Shown piece by piece: positions 13,141 through 25,071 of a stretch of DNA of 64,000 nt. A program made the translations under genes and the position numbers. The stretch spans positions 6,386,001-6,450,000 of the forward strand of contig NC_043014.1 of assembly GCF_006345805.1 (NCBI RefSeq). Reading direction: 5' to 3'. The notes beneath the pieces are model-generated. The model did no database searches, was not told the DNA's origin, and saw only the letters and a program-made list of their open reading frames with translations. Numbering within the stretch: position 1 is the stretch's first letter; each line of letters starts with the position of its first letter. Source of the DNA: Octopus sinensis. Taxonomy: Eukaryota.

Positions 13141-13384
13141 CTTCCTGTCCATCACAAAATCGCAGACTGAGCTTTCTTTTTATTTATTTCTGTTTTTTGT
13201 TTGTTGAGTACTTTTTCACTAATTAACTAATTACTTTTTTATCACTTATTAGTTTCATCATATTTCGACAGGAAGAACTATTGCCAAATTTTCTCTAATT
13301 CTTATTTGACCTGGTTCAAATATGTCACGTGGTTACAATGCTTTCGTTCGAGGCAGTCGACGCTCGTTTTCTCTAGCAACCAAC

Positions 13385-13404
13385 ATGGTGACGACGACGA
13401 CGAC

Positions 13405-13435
<31 letters not shown>

Positions 13436-13469
13436 ATATCTGTGATGATTCTTCCATGCTCGTCACTCA
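13385..13469 (+). CDS. Ig-family gene 1, exon 1 (signal peptide MVT5M9IISVMILPCSSL)
   Basis: ATG at 13385 (in-frame upstream ATG at 13322), phase-1 gtaagt donor at 13470. Conserved at the same relative position upstream of all three Ig exons. Confidence 0.75.
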
Positions 13470-13579
13470 GTAAGTTCAGATTAAAAACAACAAATTTATT
13501 TCTTCAACATTTTCTCTCCCTTCTCTCGCACTTACTCTCTCCTTTTACTGTTTCTTTCTCTGCCACGCTCTTACTCATC

Positions 13580-13616
<37 letters not shown>

Positions 13617-13696
13617 GTATGTATGTATATATATTTATATGTATATATATATATACGTAAGTATATGTATATACACCTATACGTATATATATATAT

Positions 13697-13744
<48 letters not shown>

Positions 13745-14009
13745 GTTTCTTTATTGGCCACACAGGGCTGCACACAGATGGGTTAAGTTACAAGGTAGAG
13801 GTTTTCTTTTGGGGGATGAAAAAAAAGGGGGTGGCGTAGGTTTTCGATCAAGAGGGATCGTAAAGGGGAAGAAAAGAACAAAAAAATAAATGAATAAATA
13901 AAAAAGGTAGATAGATAGATAGATAGATAGATACATAATACATGCATACATATGCATGCATGCATACATACATACATACATACATAGACATACATATATG
14001 TGTGTCTAT

Positions 14010-14049
<40 letters not shown>

Positions 14050-14411
14050 GGGGGATGGGTCATTTGTATGAATTTCATAAATGAGGCAGAACTCATCACA
14101 GAAGAACTGTACCTGGAAACAAATAAGCACAAATAATCTTCAGAAGCCTTTTAACATGACTATCCAATGAATCAGACGTTACAATCAATCGCTGCTTGAA
14201 TACCGAATCGGAAGTGTTGACAGACTCGCACCAAATGTTCTTTATTAATTTTTAATATAATGCTGGCTTTGGTGGATTTGAGATTATATGGTGTTATGGG
14301 AGTGTTCACTGACCTTTCTCTCAACTACACCCCATGCGTAATAGACGAGTGGATTGGGGCCTGGTGAGCCAAGAGTTTAGGTGTCTTGGAGAATATGATC
14401 ATGAATGCATT

Positions 14412-14960
14412 GAGCTGGCAGAAGCGTTAGCACGCCGGGCGAAATGCTTAGCGGTATTTCGTCTACCGCTATGTTGTGAGTTCAAATTCCGCCGAGCTCG
14501 ACTTTGTCTTTCATCCTTTCGGTCGATAAATTAAGTACCAGTTACGCACTGGGGTCGATATAATCGACTTAATCCGTTTGTCTGTCCTTGTTTGTCCCCT
14601 CTGTGTTTAGCCCTTTGTGGGTAGTAAAGAAATAGGTATTTCGTCTACCGCTATGTTGTGAGTTCAAATTCCGCCGAGCTCGACTTTGCCTTTCATCCTT
14701 TCGGTCGATAAATTAAGTACCAGTTACGCACTGGGGTCGATATAATCGACTTAATCCGTTTGTCTGTCCTTGTTTGTCCCCTCTGTGTGTAGCCCCTTGT
14801 GGATAGTAAAGAAATAGGTATTTCGTCTGCCGTTACATTCTGAGTTCAAATTCTGCCGAGGTCGACTTTGCCTTTCATCCTTTCGGGGTCAATTAAATAA
14901 GTACCAGTTAGGCACTTAATCCCTTTGTCCTTGTTTGTCCCCTCTATGTTTAGACCCCTG
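14412..14960 (+). repeat. SINE with tandemly triplicated 182-bp 3' segment
   Basis: Head gagctggcagaa...cttagcg followed by units starting at 14454, 14636, 14818. Confidence 0.88.
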
Positions 14961-15095
14961 TGGACTAAACATAGAGGGGCCTTATGAGATGGTGCATGGA
15001 CGTGTTTGAGGACGTACGGTCCTCCTTTGCATACCCTCTCTATTCAGGGCCTCACACGTTTCCCCAACACTTCTGTGTAGATAGCAGCATTGACT

Positions 15096-15484
15096 TTTGG
15101 AAGCACTCCGTCGGTTACGACGATGAGGGTTCCGGTTGATCCGAATCAACGGAACAGCCTGCTCGTGAAATTAACGTGTAAGTGGCTGAGCACTCCACAG
15201 ACACGTGCACCCTTAACGTAGTTCTCGGGGATATTCAGCGTGACACAGAGAGTGACAAGGCCGGCCCTTTGAAATACAGGTACAACAGAAACAGGAAGTA
15301 AGAGTGAGAGAAAGTTGTGGTGAAAGAGTACAGCAGGGATCACCACCACCCCCTGCCGGAGCCTCGTGGAGCTTTTAGGTGTTTTCGCTCAATAAACACA
15401 CACAACGCCCGGTCTGGGAATCGAAACCGCGATCCTCCAACCGCGAGTCCGCTGCCCTAACCACTGGGCCATTGCGCCTCCACG
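15096..15484 (-). mobile_element. tRNA-derived SINE, near full length
   Basis: A-box-like tggcccagtggttag and B-box-like ggtttcgattcc on the minus strand; near-identical copy at 54947-55325. Confidence 0.85.
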
Positions 15485-16249
15485 GCATTGACTTATACGC
15501 CTTGTGTAAAAAAGGAGAAAGTATAACCTCTCCCTCGTTGTTGATGGCGCCCAGAACTCCGACATTTGCCCTAGAGCTTATTATGCATGGCCATTGGAAC
15601 CTCATTTGGCTCTCTGCGTGACCATCTGTTGTTCCTTCTATTTATCGTTTTTTTTCATCGATTAAAACCAAAGCATTCCAGCCTCTTCGAGCTTTCACTT
15701 GTTTAAGAAGCACTTTGCATGGATCGAACGATTCTCTCTCGTCACAACCGACTTAAGCTGGCCTCTCCGAATCACATACGACTTGTACCGGATGTCCTCA
15801 TGCTCAACATTTTTGATGGGGTATTCTGAAACCTCGAAGTCCTTAGCAATGTATGTGATTGATTTTCAGGATTTTGACTGAATGTTTCTGCAGCTATATT
15901 TTATATAAATTATGTGTTAAGATGGCTATATGATCCAAGCATGCCTTTTGCGATTAGTTCTTTTCGAACTTTGAGAACGAAGAATCGAGCAACTTTCAGG
16001 GCGTGAGCTATCTCTGTATCATTATGCTGTGCTTTTAGGGCTACGATAACAGTGAACCTTTTTATTTTGGGGGTCAGCCTGAAATCTGATATTATTTATC
16101 TTAAAAGTAAGGTAAGCAAAAGAAGACAGAAAAAAGTTACAGCTTTTGAAAGAGGGACCTCAAAATACTAACGCATCCTGAATGTGTGTATGTATGTATG
16201 TATGTATGTATGTATGTATGTATACATGTATGTAGGCATGTATAGATAA

Positions 16250-16345
<96 letters not shown>

Positions 16346-16574
16346 ATCATCAAAGGTAGAATCAACAAAGAAGTGTCCCGTCCAGTGAGAGAAAAATATC
16401 GATTGAATACACAAACCGAAAGAGCTACTTATAGTTTCATGCTTTTATGATACTTGATCAGATAACTTTCGGGTTTCGCGTCTAAAGTAGAAGCGATAAT
16501 TAAATCTGTCTTTGAGAAATTGTTTCCGTCCCATTTTTCGTGTATTCATTCATTGATTTGTTCCTCACTCCTAG

Positions 16575-16907
16575 ATCGTGTTGAAATGACAAGCCTAAAA
16601 CCATTCGAAGGATTTGGGGAAGATGGACCAACTCAAATGAATATAACATGTCACCTTGAAGCAGAAGACTTATCATTCTTCAGACTCAGACGTAACAATG
16701 AAGTCGTTGTTGATATTGGTTTCCACGATGGTATGGGGTTTTTTGAACTTGTTCGTGCTCTGAATGGTTTCGACTGCAACTTACCGCAATCGAGAACAAT
16801 TAATGGAGTATTAAAATGCTGGAAAGAAAATCTAGATTGCGCTGATGCAGGATCCTATACGTGTGAGATATCGGATGCAAAGAGGTCCAAATCAAGGATG
16901 CTAAAAG
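16575..16907 (+). CDS. Ig-family gene 1, exon 2 (V-like Ig domain)
   Basis: ctag acceptor, gttaat donor, 333 nt, phase 1-1. B-strand Cys (NITC) and D.GSYTC F-strand motif. Confidence 0.85.
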
Positions 16908-17010
16908 GTTAATTTTGTTTCATTTTAGGGAGAAAAAAATAGTAACACTCTTACTGCTAATACTACTAACACTACTACTACTTATAATAATAATAATAAT
17001 AATAATATAG

Positions 17011-17400
17011 GCGCAGGAGTGGCTGTGTGGTAAATAGCTTGCTAACCAACCACATGGTTCCGGGTTCAGTCCCACTGCGTGGCATCTTGGGCAAGTGTCT
17101 TCTGCTATAGCCCCGGGCCGACCAATGCCTTGTGAGTGGATTTGGTAGACGGAAACTGAAAGAAGCCTGTCGTATATATGTATATATATATATGTGTTTG
17201 TTTGTGTGTCTGTGTTTGTCCCCCTAGCATTGCCTGACAACCGATGCTGGTGTGTTTACGTCCCCGTCACTTAGCGGTTCGGCAAAAAAGAGACCGATAG
17301 AATAAGTACTGGGCTTACAAAGAATAAGTCCCGGGGTCGATTTGCTCGATTAAAGGCGGTGCTCCAGCATGGCCGCAGTCAAATGACTGAAATAAGTAAA
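17011..17400 (+). mobile_element. Second SINE family (gcaggagtggctgtgtggtaa head)
   Basis: Head with ggttccgggttcagtccc, internal (TA)/(TG) tract, tail ggcggtgctccagcatggccgcagtc. Confidence 0.85.
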
Positions 17401-18085
17401 AGAGAAAGAGAAAAAAATAATAATAATAATAAAACAACAACAACAACAACAACAACAATAATAATAATAAAAATAATAATAATAATAAATGCCGTGATGC
17501 AGTACCAGGCAGTGGCTCTCATCGCTTCTGATCTTAACTGGTTGGAAGTGTTATCATGTACATTGTATTATCATGTGTTATCATGTACATTGGTATAAAA
17601 GATGGGCTACAGCAAATATTCTGCTCAATACCACAGATTTGCTTGTCAGTTTTTTTACCGTAACCAGTTGAGCATGTCCCTTAGTGGCTGACGATATGTG
17701 CATCTCTGATCACCATAGCGAGCAAAATGCTTACCGTTATTTCGATCGTTCCAACATTCTGAGTTGAAATACCGTCGAGGTAGATTTGCCTTTTTCCTAC
17801 CCAAGAATATCCGATTTATTAGCTTTGGTGGTTCGGCCAATATGCACTAGAGCGTCCAAAGAATCCCTACATTCGCTCCCCCAGTTATAGCCCTATTCTA
17901 TAGTTTTATAGCTACAAAGATTAGTTGAAGCCCTGGAAACAGTAAACATATTGCATAGTAACATGTCATCTATTTTGATTAATGTTCAAAGTTTTCGTTT
18001 TATATCAACATCGCAATTTGTGTCAAAGCATCCATCCAGTATGTTATTTTGAATCTTATTATCTTAAAATATATTTTCTCTACAG

Positions 18086-18427
18086 TGAAATCTTTTGTCA
18101 AAAGGCTTGACCATATTAATACACCTTTAGAGACGAAGGAGGAGAAGAAGGAGGAGAAGAAGGTGTCTACCTTCAGCTGTTTGGTATATGCTTCTCCAGA
18201 TGCTGACAAAACTGTCACCTTTAGATGGACTGTAAAACATAAGATTAAAAACGCTAAACCACAGATGACAGACAAGAAAATACTTCTTCCGAAAACTGAC
18301 CAACATTGCGTACCAGTACAGTCGCTATTTAAACACGCGGTAACTGATGAAGACAAAAATGGAACAAGTATCTCATGTTCGGCATTTGGGAGAACACTTT
18401 CAGAAGACGTGAATATCTACGGTGCAA
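18086..18427 (+). CDS. Ig-family gene 1, exon 3 (C-like Ig domain)
   Basis: ttttctctacag acceptor, gtaggc donor, 342 nt, phase 1-1. Cys...Trp...Cys pattern (FSC, TFRW, ISC). Confidence 0.8.
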
Positions 18428-19137
18428 GTAGGCAAATATTATTTTTCTTACATAGTTTCGTATCCTATTTATTCTTAAATAGTTTCGTATCCTTTCGTAG
18501 TTTCGTGTCCTTATTTTCTTTAAAGGCACCGGTGTTGCTCTGTGGGAATACGGTTGCTTCACGATTCAGTCCCACTGCATGGCACCTTGGACGGGTTTCT
18601 TCTATTCTATCTCCGGGTCGACCAAAACCTTATGAATAGATCTGATAGACGGAAACCGAAAGACGCCCGTCGTAAGAAGACCGACAGTGTGTGTAACAGG
18701 CTTTAAACAATAAGTATTGGAGAAGATTTCTTCGACTGAACTCCCACAAGTCGGTGTCCCACCTTGGCTGCTGTCCAATGACTGAATCAAGTAAAATCTA
18801 AAAGAAAAACAGATATAGGCAGCAATCGCTGCTACATCATCTCAAAACCACATTACAAGGCATCAGGCCAAAGAAAGAACCTCTTCAATCCACACTTCAA
18901 ACATCACATCAGACATCATATCAAACATCACTTCAAACATCATATCAAACCACACGACAAACGTATGAAACCAAACAAGATATCACATCAAACTGCATCA
19001 CGATAAAAGGTTGGGAAAGTATGAAAGCCTATTGGTGACAACAATAAAAGTGAATTCAGTTTCTTTGTCAGACACTAAATCCCATGTTTTGATGCAACAA
19101 GTATTATTCCAGCCTCCCTGATTTTTTGTCTTTACAG

Positions 19138-19257
19138 GATCTGGCAGCCCCATTTCTGCTCTACTACATACAGCATGGTTTTCTGTCTCCAGACTTTCTC
19201 TTCTCTTTCTGGCTCTTGCAAGTTGCCGCTAGCATCATCCCGTTTTTGCTCCAGTAA
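19138..19257 (+). CDS. Ig-family gene 1, exon 4 (hydrophobic/GPI-signal-like tail)
   Basis: ttttttgtctttacag acceptor, phase 1. As written it reads RSGSPISALLHTAWFSVSRLSLLFLALASCR* (stop 19230-19232). One extra T versus gene 2; removing it gives ...WFLSPDFLFSFWLLQVAASIIPFLLQ* ending 19257. Confidence 0.65.
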   Translation, partial: DLAAPFLLYYIQHGFLSPDFLFSFWLLQVAASIIPFLLQ

Positions 19258-19382
19258 TTATAAAGAAGGTTTGTTTTCCCATCTTATTCCTTCTAATCTC
19301 GCTTCTCCAATGTTGTTTTTTTTATCAGTTTACGTACGTTCAAGTATACATACATACACACACACACACATACGCACATATA

Positions 19383-19858
19383 TACGTAGTCTGATCAATG
19401 AATATCCGGACTGTTGCCATAGTGACGAAGCTAAAGCAGAAAGAGCAAAGCTTTGAACTCTGCAGTGCGCGCGCACTGAGATTTAACACACTAGTTCGCT
19501 TCTGCTGTTTGCAGCAGTGCTTGGAAGGAAGGTGTGTAGCATGTACTCTTATCATTGACCATCCATGCGAGAGTAAGTTTTTATGGCGATACATGCCCAG
19601 AGACCTACGCAAAGTTGCCGAAAGTGTATGGATAACATTGTATGAGCTGCACACAAGTGTTTGGGTGGTTCAGACATTTCTAAGAAGGGCAAAAAAATGT
19701 CGATATTGTCGAATGTTCTGGGAGACCCGGAACCAGCAGATCGTCCAATCACCACCCGTGTATTATCAGAGGATGTGCAGATTATTTACGGCTCGTTATC
19801 GCTGAATATTTGGATATGACACACGCGCATCTGCCAAGTTGGTGCCAAAACTGTATGA

Positions 19859-19860
<2 letters not shown>
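19383..19860 (+). mobile_element. Truncated orthologous copy of the same mariner element
   Basis: Near-identical to 41942-42415, ends in a (TA)n tract. Confidence 0.75.
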
Positions 19861-19914
<54 letters not shown>

Positions 19915-19933
19915 GTATGTCATATATATATAT

Positions 19934-19982
<49 letters not shown>

Positions 19983-20087
19983 TATATAGATATATATATG
20001 TATATATATATATGTATGTATATGTATATATATATATATATGTATGTATATGTATATATGTATGTATATATTATATATATATATATG

Positions 20088-20123
<36 letters not shown>

Positions 20124-20172
20124 TATTATATAATAATATATATATATGTATATATATATAATGTATAATTAA

Positions 20173-20204
<32 letters not shown>

Positions 20205-20206
20205 TA

Positions 20207-23200
20207 TTTGATACTTTGATACTTTGATAGGTTTCGGCCATTATTGGCCCAAGCCATGTCTAACTTAATAGCACAACCTGGTGAAGTCTTTCAAGTCAGA
20301 ATTTGGGCACTATGGCCCACTCAAGTAGAGAGTTATTGTTTACAGAGACATATCCGGGTGTAGGGGGTTTATCCGGGATTTCTTGAAGGAATCTGTCCAA
20401 AGACTTCTTGAACCTATAGGGTCAGTTTCTGTTTTAATGTGTTTTGGTGTAATGTTAAAGAGAGCGGGGCCAATTGAGGTGAAATAATTGTGCCGTATTG
20501 TTGTTATGAGATGAGAGTACGATTTTTGTTTTGGCGGATGGCACGGGGCCCAATCCTTGGATGTACCTTAAAGGTGATGCCAACATCATTGGGCAATGCT
20601 GATGGAATATTTTCCACATCATGCAGATGATGTAGCGCTCACGACGACGTTGGAGAGAATAAAGTTTTAGCTTTTCTAGTCGACCCCAATAGTCGAGGCC
20701 TGTCATGCCATCTATCTTTTTTGTGATTGCCCTTTGAGGTGCTTCAACTTTTATGATACCTTGTATTGTGTGGGTAGACCACAGTGGACAACAGTATTCA
20801 AGGTGGGGTCGGGCAAAAGTGGAGAAGAGAAGGATAATGGTGTGGATATCTCTCGACTGGAAAGTTCTGAGAATCCAGGAACACATTCTGCGGGCCATGT
20901 CAACTTTGGTGTTTATATGAGTGGCCCAGCTTATGTTGTTGTCCACAATTACTCCCAAGTCTCTGATGTTGTTGGACGCCGCGAGAGTTTCACCTGAAGG
21001 AAGGGAGTATGGGAGTTTCAGGGCATCCTCTTTTCCAAAGTGGATTAACTCAAATTTATCCTCGTTCAGCAGCATATTGTTTTTTTCTGCCCATTGGATA
21101 ACAGCCAGTAGATCTGACTGAAGGCATGTCCGGTCACTCGCCTCATTTATGACCTTCTGTAGCTTGGATCATCTGCAAGATTTTTATGTTGCTGTGCTTG
21201 ATGATGTCATTAATGTCATTAATGTAAATGATAAAAAGAAGTGGGCCCAGCACAGTGCCTTGCGGAACGCCACTACTGACTTTGGCTGGGCTTGATTTTA
21301 CCCCTTCAATTACAACATGTTGAGATCTGTCTGTCAGGAAACACTTGATCCATTTCAGTAACTTTCCAGAGACACCAATGTTGGATAGTTTTTTCAATAG
21401 GATCTTGTGATCGACCCTGTCGAAGGCCTTACTGAAATCAAGGTAGATGACATCGGTGTTGGAGCCCTCTCCCAAAGCTCTCAAAATGTCATCAAAGTGA
21501 TGCAGGAGCTGCGTTAGGCAGTCCCTTCCATTACGGAACCCATGTTGGTTGGAGATCAGCCGTCTGTTGCTTTCCAGAAATTGGGTTATTCGAGATCTCA
21601 CCACCCTCTCAAATACCTTGATGATATGAGAGGTGAGTGAGCTCAAACGGTAGTTCACTGCAAGGGACTTGTTTCCCTTTTTGAAAACTGGGACAACAGA
21701 CTGGGACAGAAGGTTTTTTGGAATATAGCCAGCATCCAGTGAGTTTCTCCACAGATTAGCAAGGAGAGATGCAAGTTGGTGTCGACACACCTTCAGGACA
21801 CAAGCAGGGAACCTATCGGGGCCTACTGCTGAATTGTGTTTTATTTCGGTTATCGCCGCTAAGACATCAGGGGCACTAAACGTTATGTCCGATATAGTGT
21901 GTTGGGGGTTGACATCACTGATACAGCCCAGATCGGCCATATCAGGATTGCTGAAAACAGAGCAGTATTGTTTCTGCAGTATCTCGGCCATGGATTTGGC
22001 ATTATCTTGGAGAGTGCCAGTTTCATCAATTAGAGGGCCAACAATGGAGACAGTGACCCTGCGTTTCCTCGCAAATGAAAAGAACACTTTATGGTTGAGT
22101 TTGATTTTTTCAATGGCCCACTTCTCCTCAGCCGATCATTGGTTATTGATGAGGGTCTTCATGCATTGTTGGAGGTTATATTTTTTGGATTCAAGCAGTG
22201 CGATAGCCGTCGAATGTGTGTGTTGCTGTTGGCAGTACTTTAGTTTGTTAATTTTTTTGTTTGTTCTTTTTATTTTTCTGATAATGGTTTTTCTGTTTTG
22301 GGGGATTCTGCACTTTTTGTTCACAGGTCTTGGTGGGGAGTGTTTTGCACATATGTCTGTGACGGTGTCTACAAAGATCTGCCAAGATGTTTTATGGTTG
22401 GTGGAGATGTGTGTATGTGTAAAGGACCAGTCAACATGTGATAGCTCGTTCCTGATTGCATCCCAGTTGGCATTATGGAGATCCATGTTGTCAAATTGGG
22501 GGGGAGGGAGGTCACTAGGATTAGCTTTCGGCTGGTGGAATTCATGTTACAGAGAACCATGTCATGGTCTGAAAGAAGGGTTTTTCCACTGTAACGTTAT
22601 GTATAGTGTTAGTGTCGTTACTAAACACTAGGTCCAAAATGTTCTGATGTCTGTTGGTGCAAGGACAAGTTGGGACAAGAAAAACTCATTCGTAAAGTCG
22701 AAAAGTAACTCTGCTGCTTCTTTGTCAGCGGTTGAGGCGGGAGTGCTTGGTTTCAAACAGTTTGTAGTCAGTCAACACAGGGTAGATTGAAGTCTCCCAT
22801 CATGAGTATGTTGCTAGAATGGCACTGTTGAATAAAGCACTTAATGCTGTTGAGGCATCTTTAAAGCACAGTATGGGTGTTTGGGGCGGCTATAGAGCCC
22901 AATTATGTCTGGTCATTGGCTTTGTTGTGCACGGTGACTGATTCACAGTAGCCGTTGGAGAATATACTATTTCCATCTGCCGTAAACGAATCATGCAGGA
23001 AAATGGCAGTTCCACCCTTCCTCCTGCCGATACGATCCGCGCGGATGGTTGTGAAATTCTTCACTCTCACTTCGGCTTCCAAGTGGGAGTTGTCAAGGTG
23101 GGTCTCAGTGAGAATGAAGAAAGGGATGTGGTGTGGATGGTTACCAACCCAGTCTTCAATGAATTGGACCTTCCATTTTTGTGCATTGATGGAAGGGCTG

Positions 23201-23396
23201 ACACCTTGTGCATTGAGTAGAAATGTGGAGGTTAGTGTAGTGGCTGGTTTTGACTGTTGCAGGGGGCTTGGATTTTTTGTGTGTATTAGTGGCAGCAATG
23301 TGGGGAATTGGTGCACTGGGGTAATAGCATAGGATGGTGTTGAGTGATGGCTAGAATATTTTTGTGTATCTTTTTTGCCATGTTCAACATGGCTAA
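20207..23396 (-). mobile_element. CR1/L2-group LINE ORF2 (APE endonuclease + RT), frameshifted
   Basis: APE motifs FLLNAQG and ILTETHL (22903-23406); RT motifs QHGFRNGR, VIYLDFSKAFD, GVPQGTVLGPLLF (21143-22087); HLEYCCPLW and LQRRRERY (20455-21075); (atcaaagt)n tail near 20210. Confidence 0.92.
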
Positions 23397-23449
23397 ATAT
23401 GTCCATATAGATATGAAATTGTTTGTCTATATATTTTATCTCTCGACAG

Positions 23450-23603
23450 GTGTCTCCAGCAACCTGAATGCCTCGACGAAAACCTCAATTTTGAATACCG
23501 TGGTGAAGACACGATGAAAGGAAAGAAGGAACCAATGCCTTGTTGGTTTTTGGCGCGAAGACCCGTTGGACAACTTGAGACATCGTTCGTTTCGGACCCC
23601 TAA
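23450..23603 (+). pseudogene. Duplicated copy of the sGC beta terminal exon (orphan or alternative last exon)
   Basis: Same acceptor context and same 154-nt length as 6358-6511, 14 nt differences, frame open: [50 protein letters not shown]. No upstream sGC exons were duplicated with it. Confidence 0.85.
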
Positions 23604-23659
23604 GACATTCAATTGGACTCTATACATACAACATATACGTGTATTTGTGTGTGTTGTGT

Positions 23660-23742
<83 letters not shown>

Positions 23743-23751
23743 GTGTGTATA

Positions 23752-23796
<45 letters not shown>

Positions 23797-23918
23797 AACA
23801 TGTGTGTAAATCTGGCTGCCGTCAAAATATCCCGGTTTCTTAAAATTAGGACTATATTTGTGAGATCACAGACTGGTTAAGCTGCCCCTAGTATATGGTT
23901 CCAAAAAAGAAAAAAAGA

Positions 23919-23972
<54 letters not shown>

Positions 23973-24746
23973 TTACCTAAATACACACACACATAAACAT
24001 ATATATATATATATATATATAATATATATATATATATATTACGCATATATATATATATATGTGTATACATATACACATATATATATATATATATCTAAGT
24101 ATATATATATATATATATATGACTCTATAATTCCTTTACAGTAATATATGCACAACCTTATTATGTATATATGAGATATATCATTCAACATTTTCACACA
24201 GATATACATATATATATACATATAACACAGATATAAATATATCTATACACTCATACACATTTACGTGTGTGTGTGCGCGTGGGGGTGGGGGTGAGTGAAG
24301 AAATTGGCGTCAGCAAGAAGCCGTACGGTTGGACAGCGCAAACCCGGAAGTACGTATAATACCTGTACTGGATAGCACAGGAGAGCAGAGGGTGAAATCT
24401 GAAGGTGGACGAGATCCATACAGGACTCTACTACGTTCTTCTCAGAATATACCATAACTATAAGTGTGTGAATAAATAAATGAATATATATATATATATA
24501 AATGTGACCGCGTGTGTGTACCGTTGGCGATTTTTTTCCTCTGTCTTCCCTTCTCTGGATCTTTCCTTTTCCTATGTTTCTAACGAAGAACCCCGCTCGA
24601 AACGTTAAATCCTCCTTCTTTCTTTCCTTTCCTGAGCGTCCAATAATACTATATTTGTTCCACGTCCTCGCGTTTGTTGTTTTTTTTGGGGCTTTCTTGT
24701 TTGGATTAACTTTATATATATATATATATATAATATATAATATATA

Positions 24747-24789
<43 letters not shown>

Positions 24790-24957
24790 TGCACACACAC
24801 TCAGACAAACATACATACGTGGTCATATATATATATATAATATGTATATATATATATATTATATATACCATATATACATAATAATTATATACAATTATAT
24901 TATATATACATATATGATATATATATATATATCTATATTATATATACACATATATAT

Positions 24958-24988
<31 letters not shown>

Positions 24989-25020
24989 GTATGTATATAT
25001 TATATAAATATATATACCCC

Positions 25021-25071
<51 letters not shown>

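Noticed and set aside
15440-15484. tRNA genes at SINE heads
   Set aside because: A/B-box-like motifs run into SINE bodies and I could not fold a complete cloverleaf.
21834-22631. 265-aa plus-strand ORF
   Set aside because: Antisense shadow of the CR1-like LINE ORF2.
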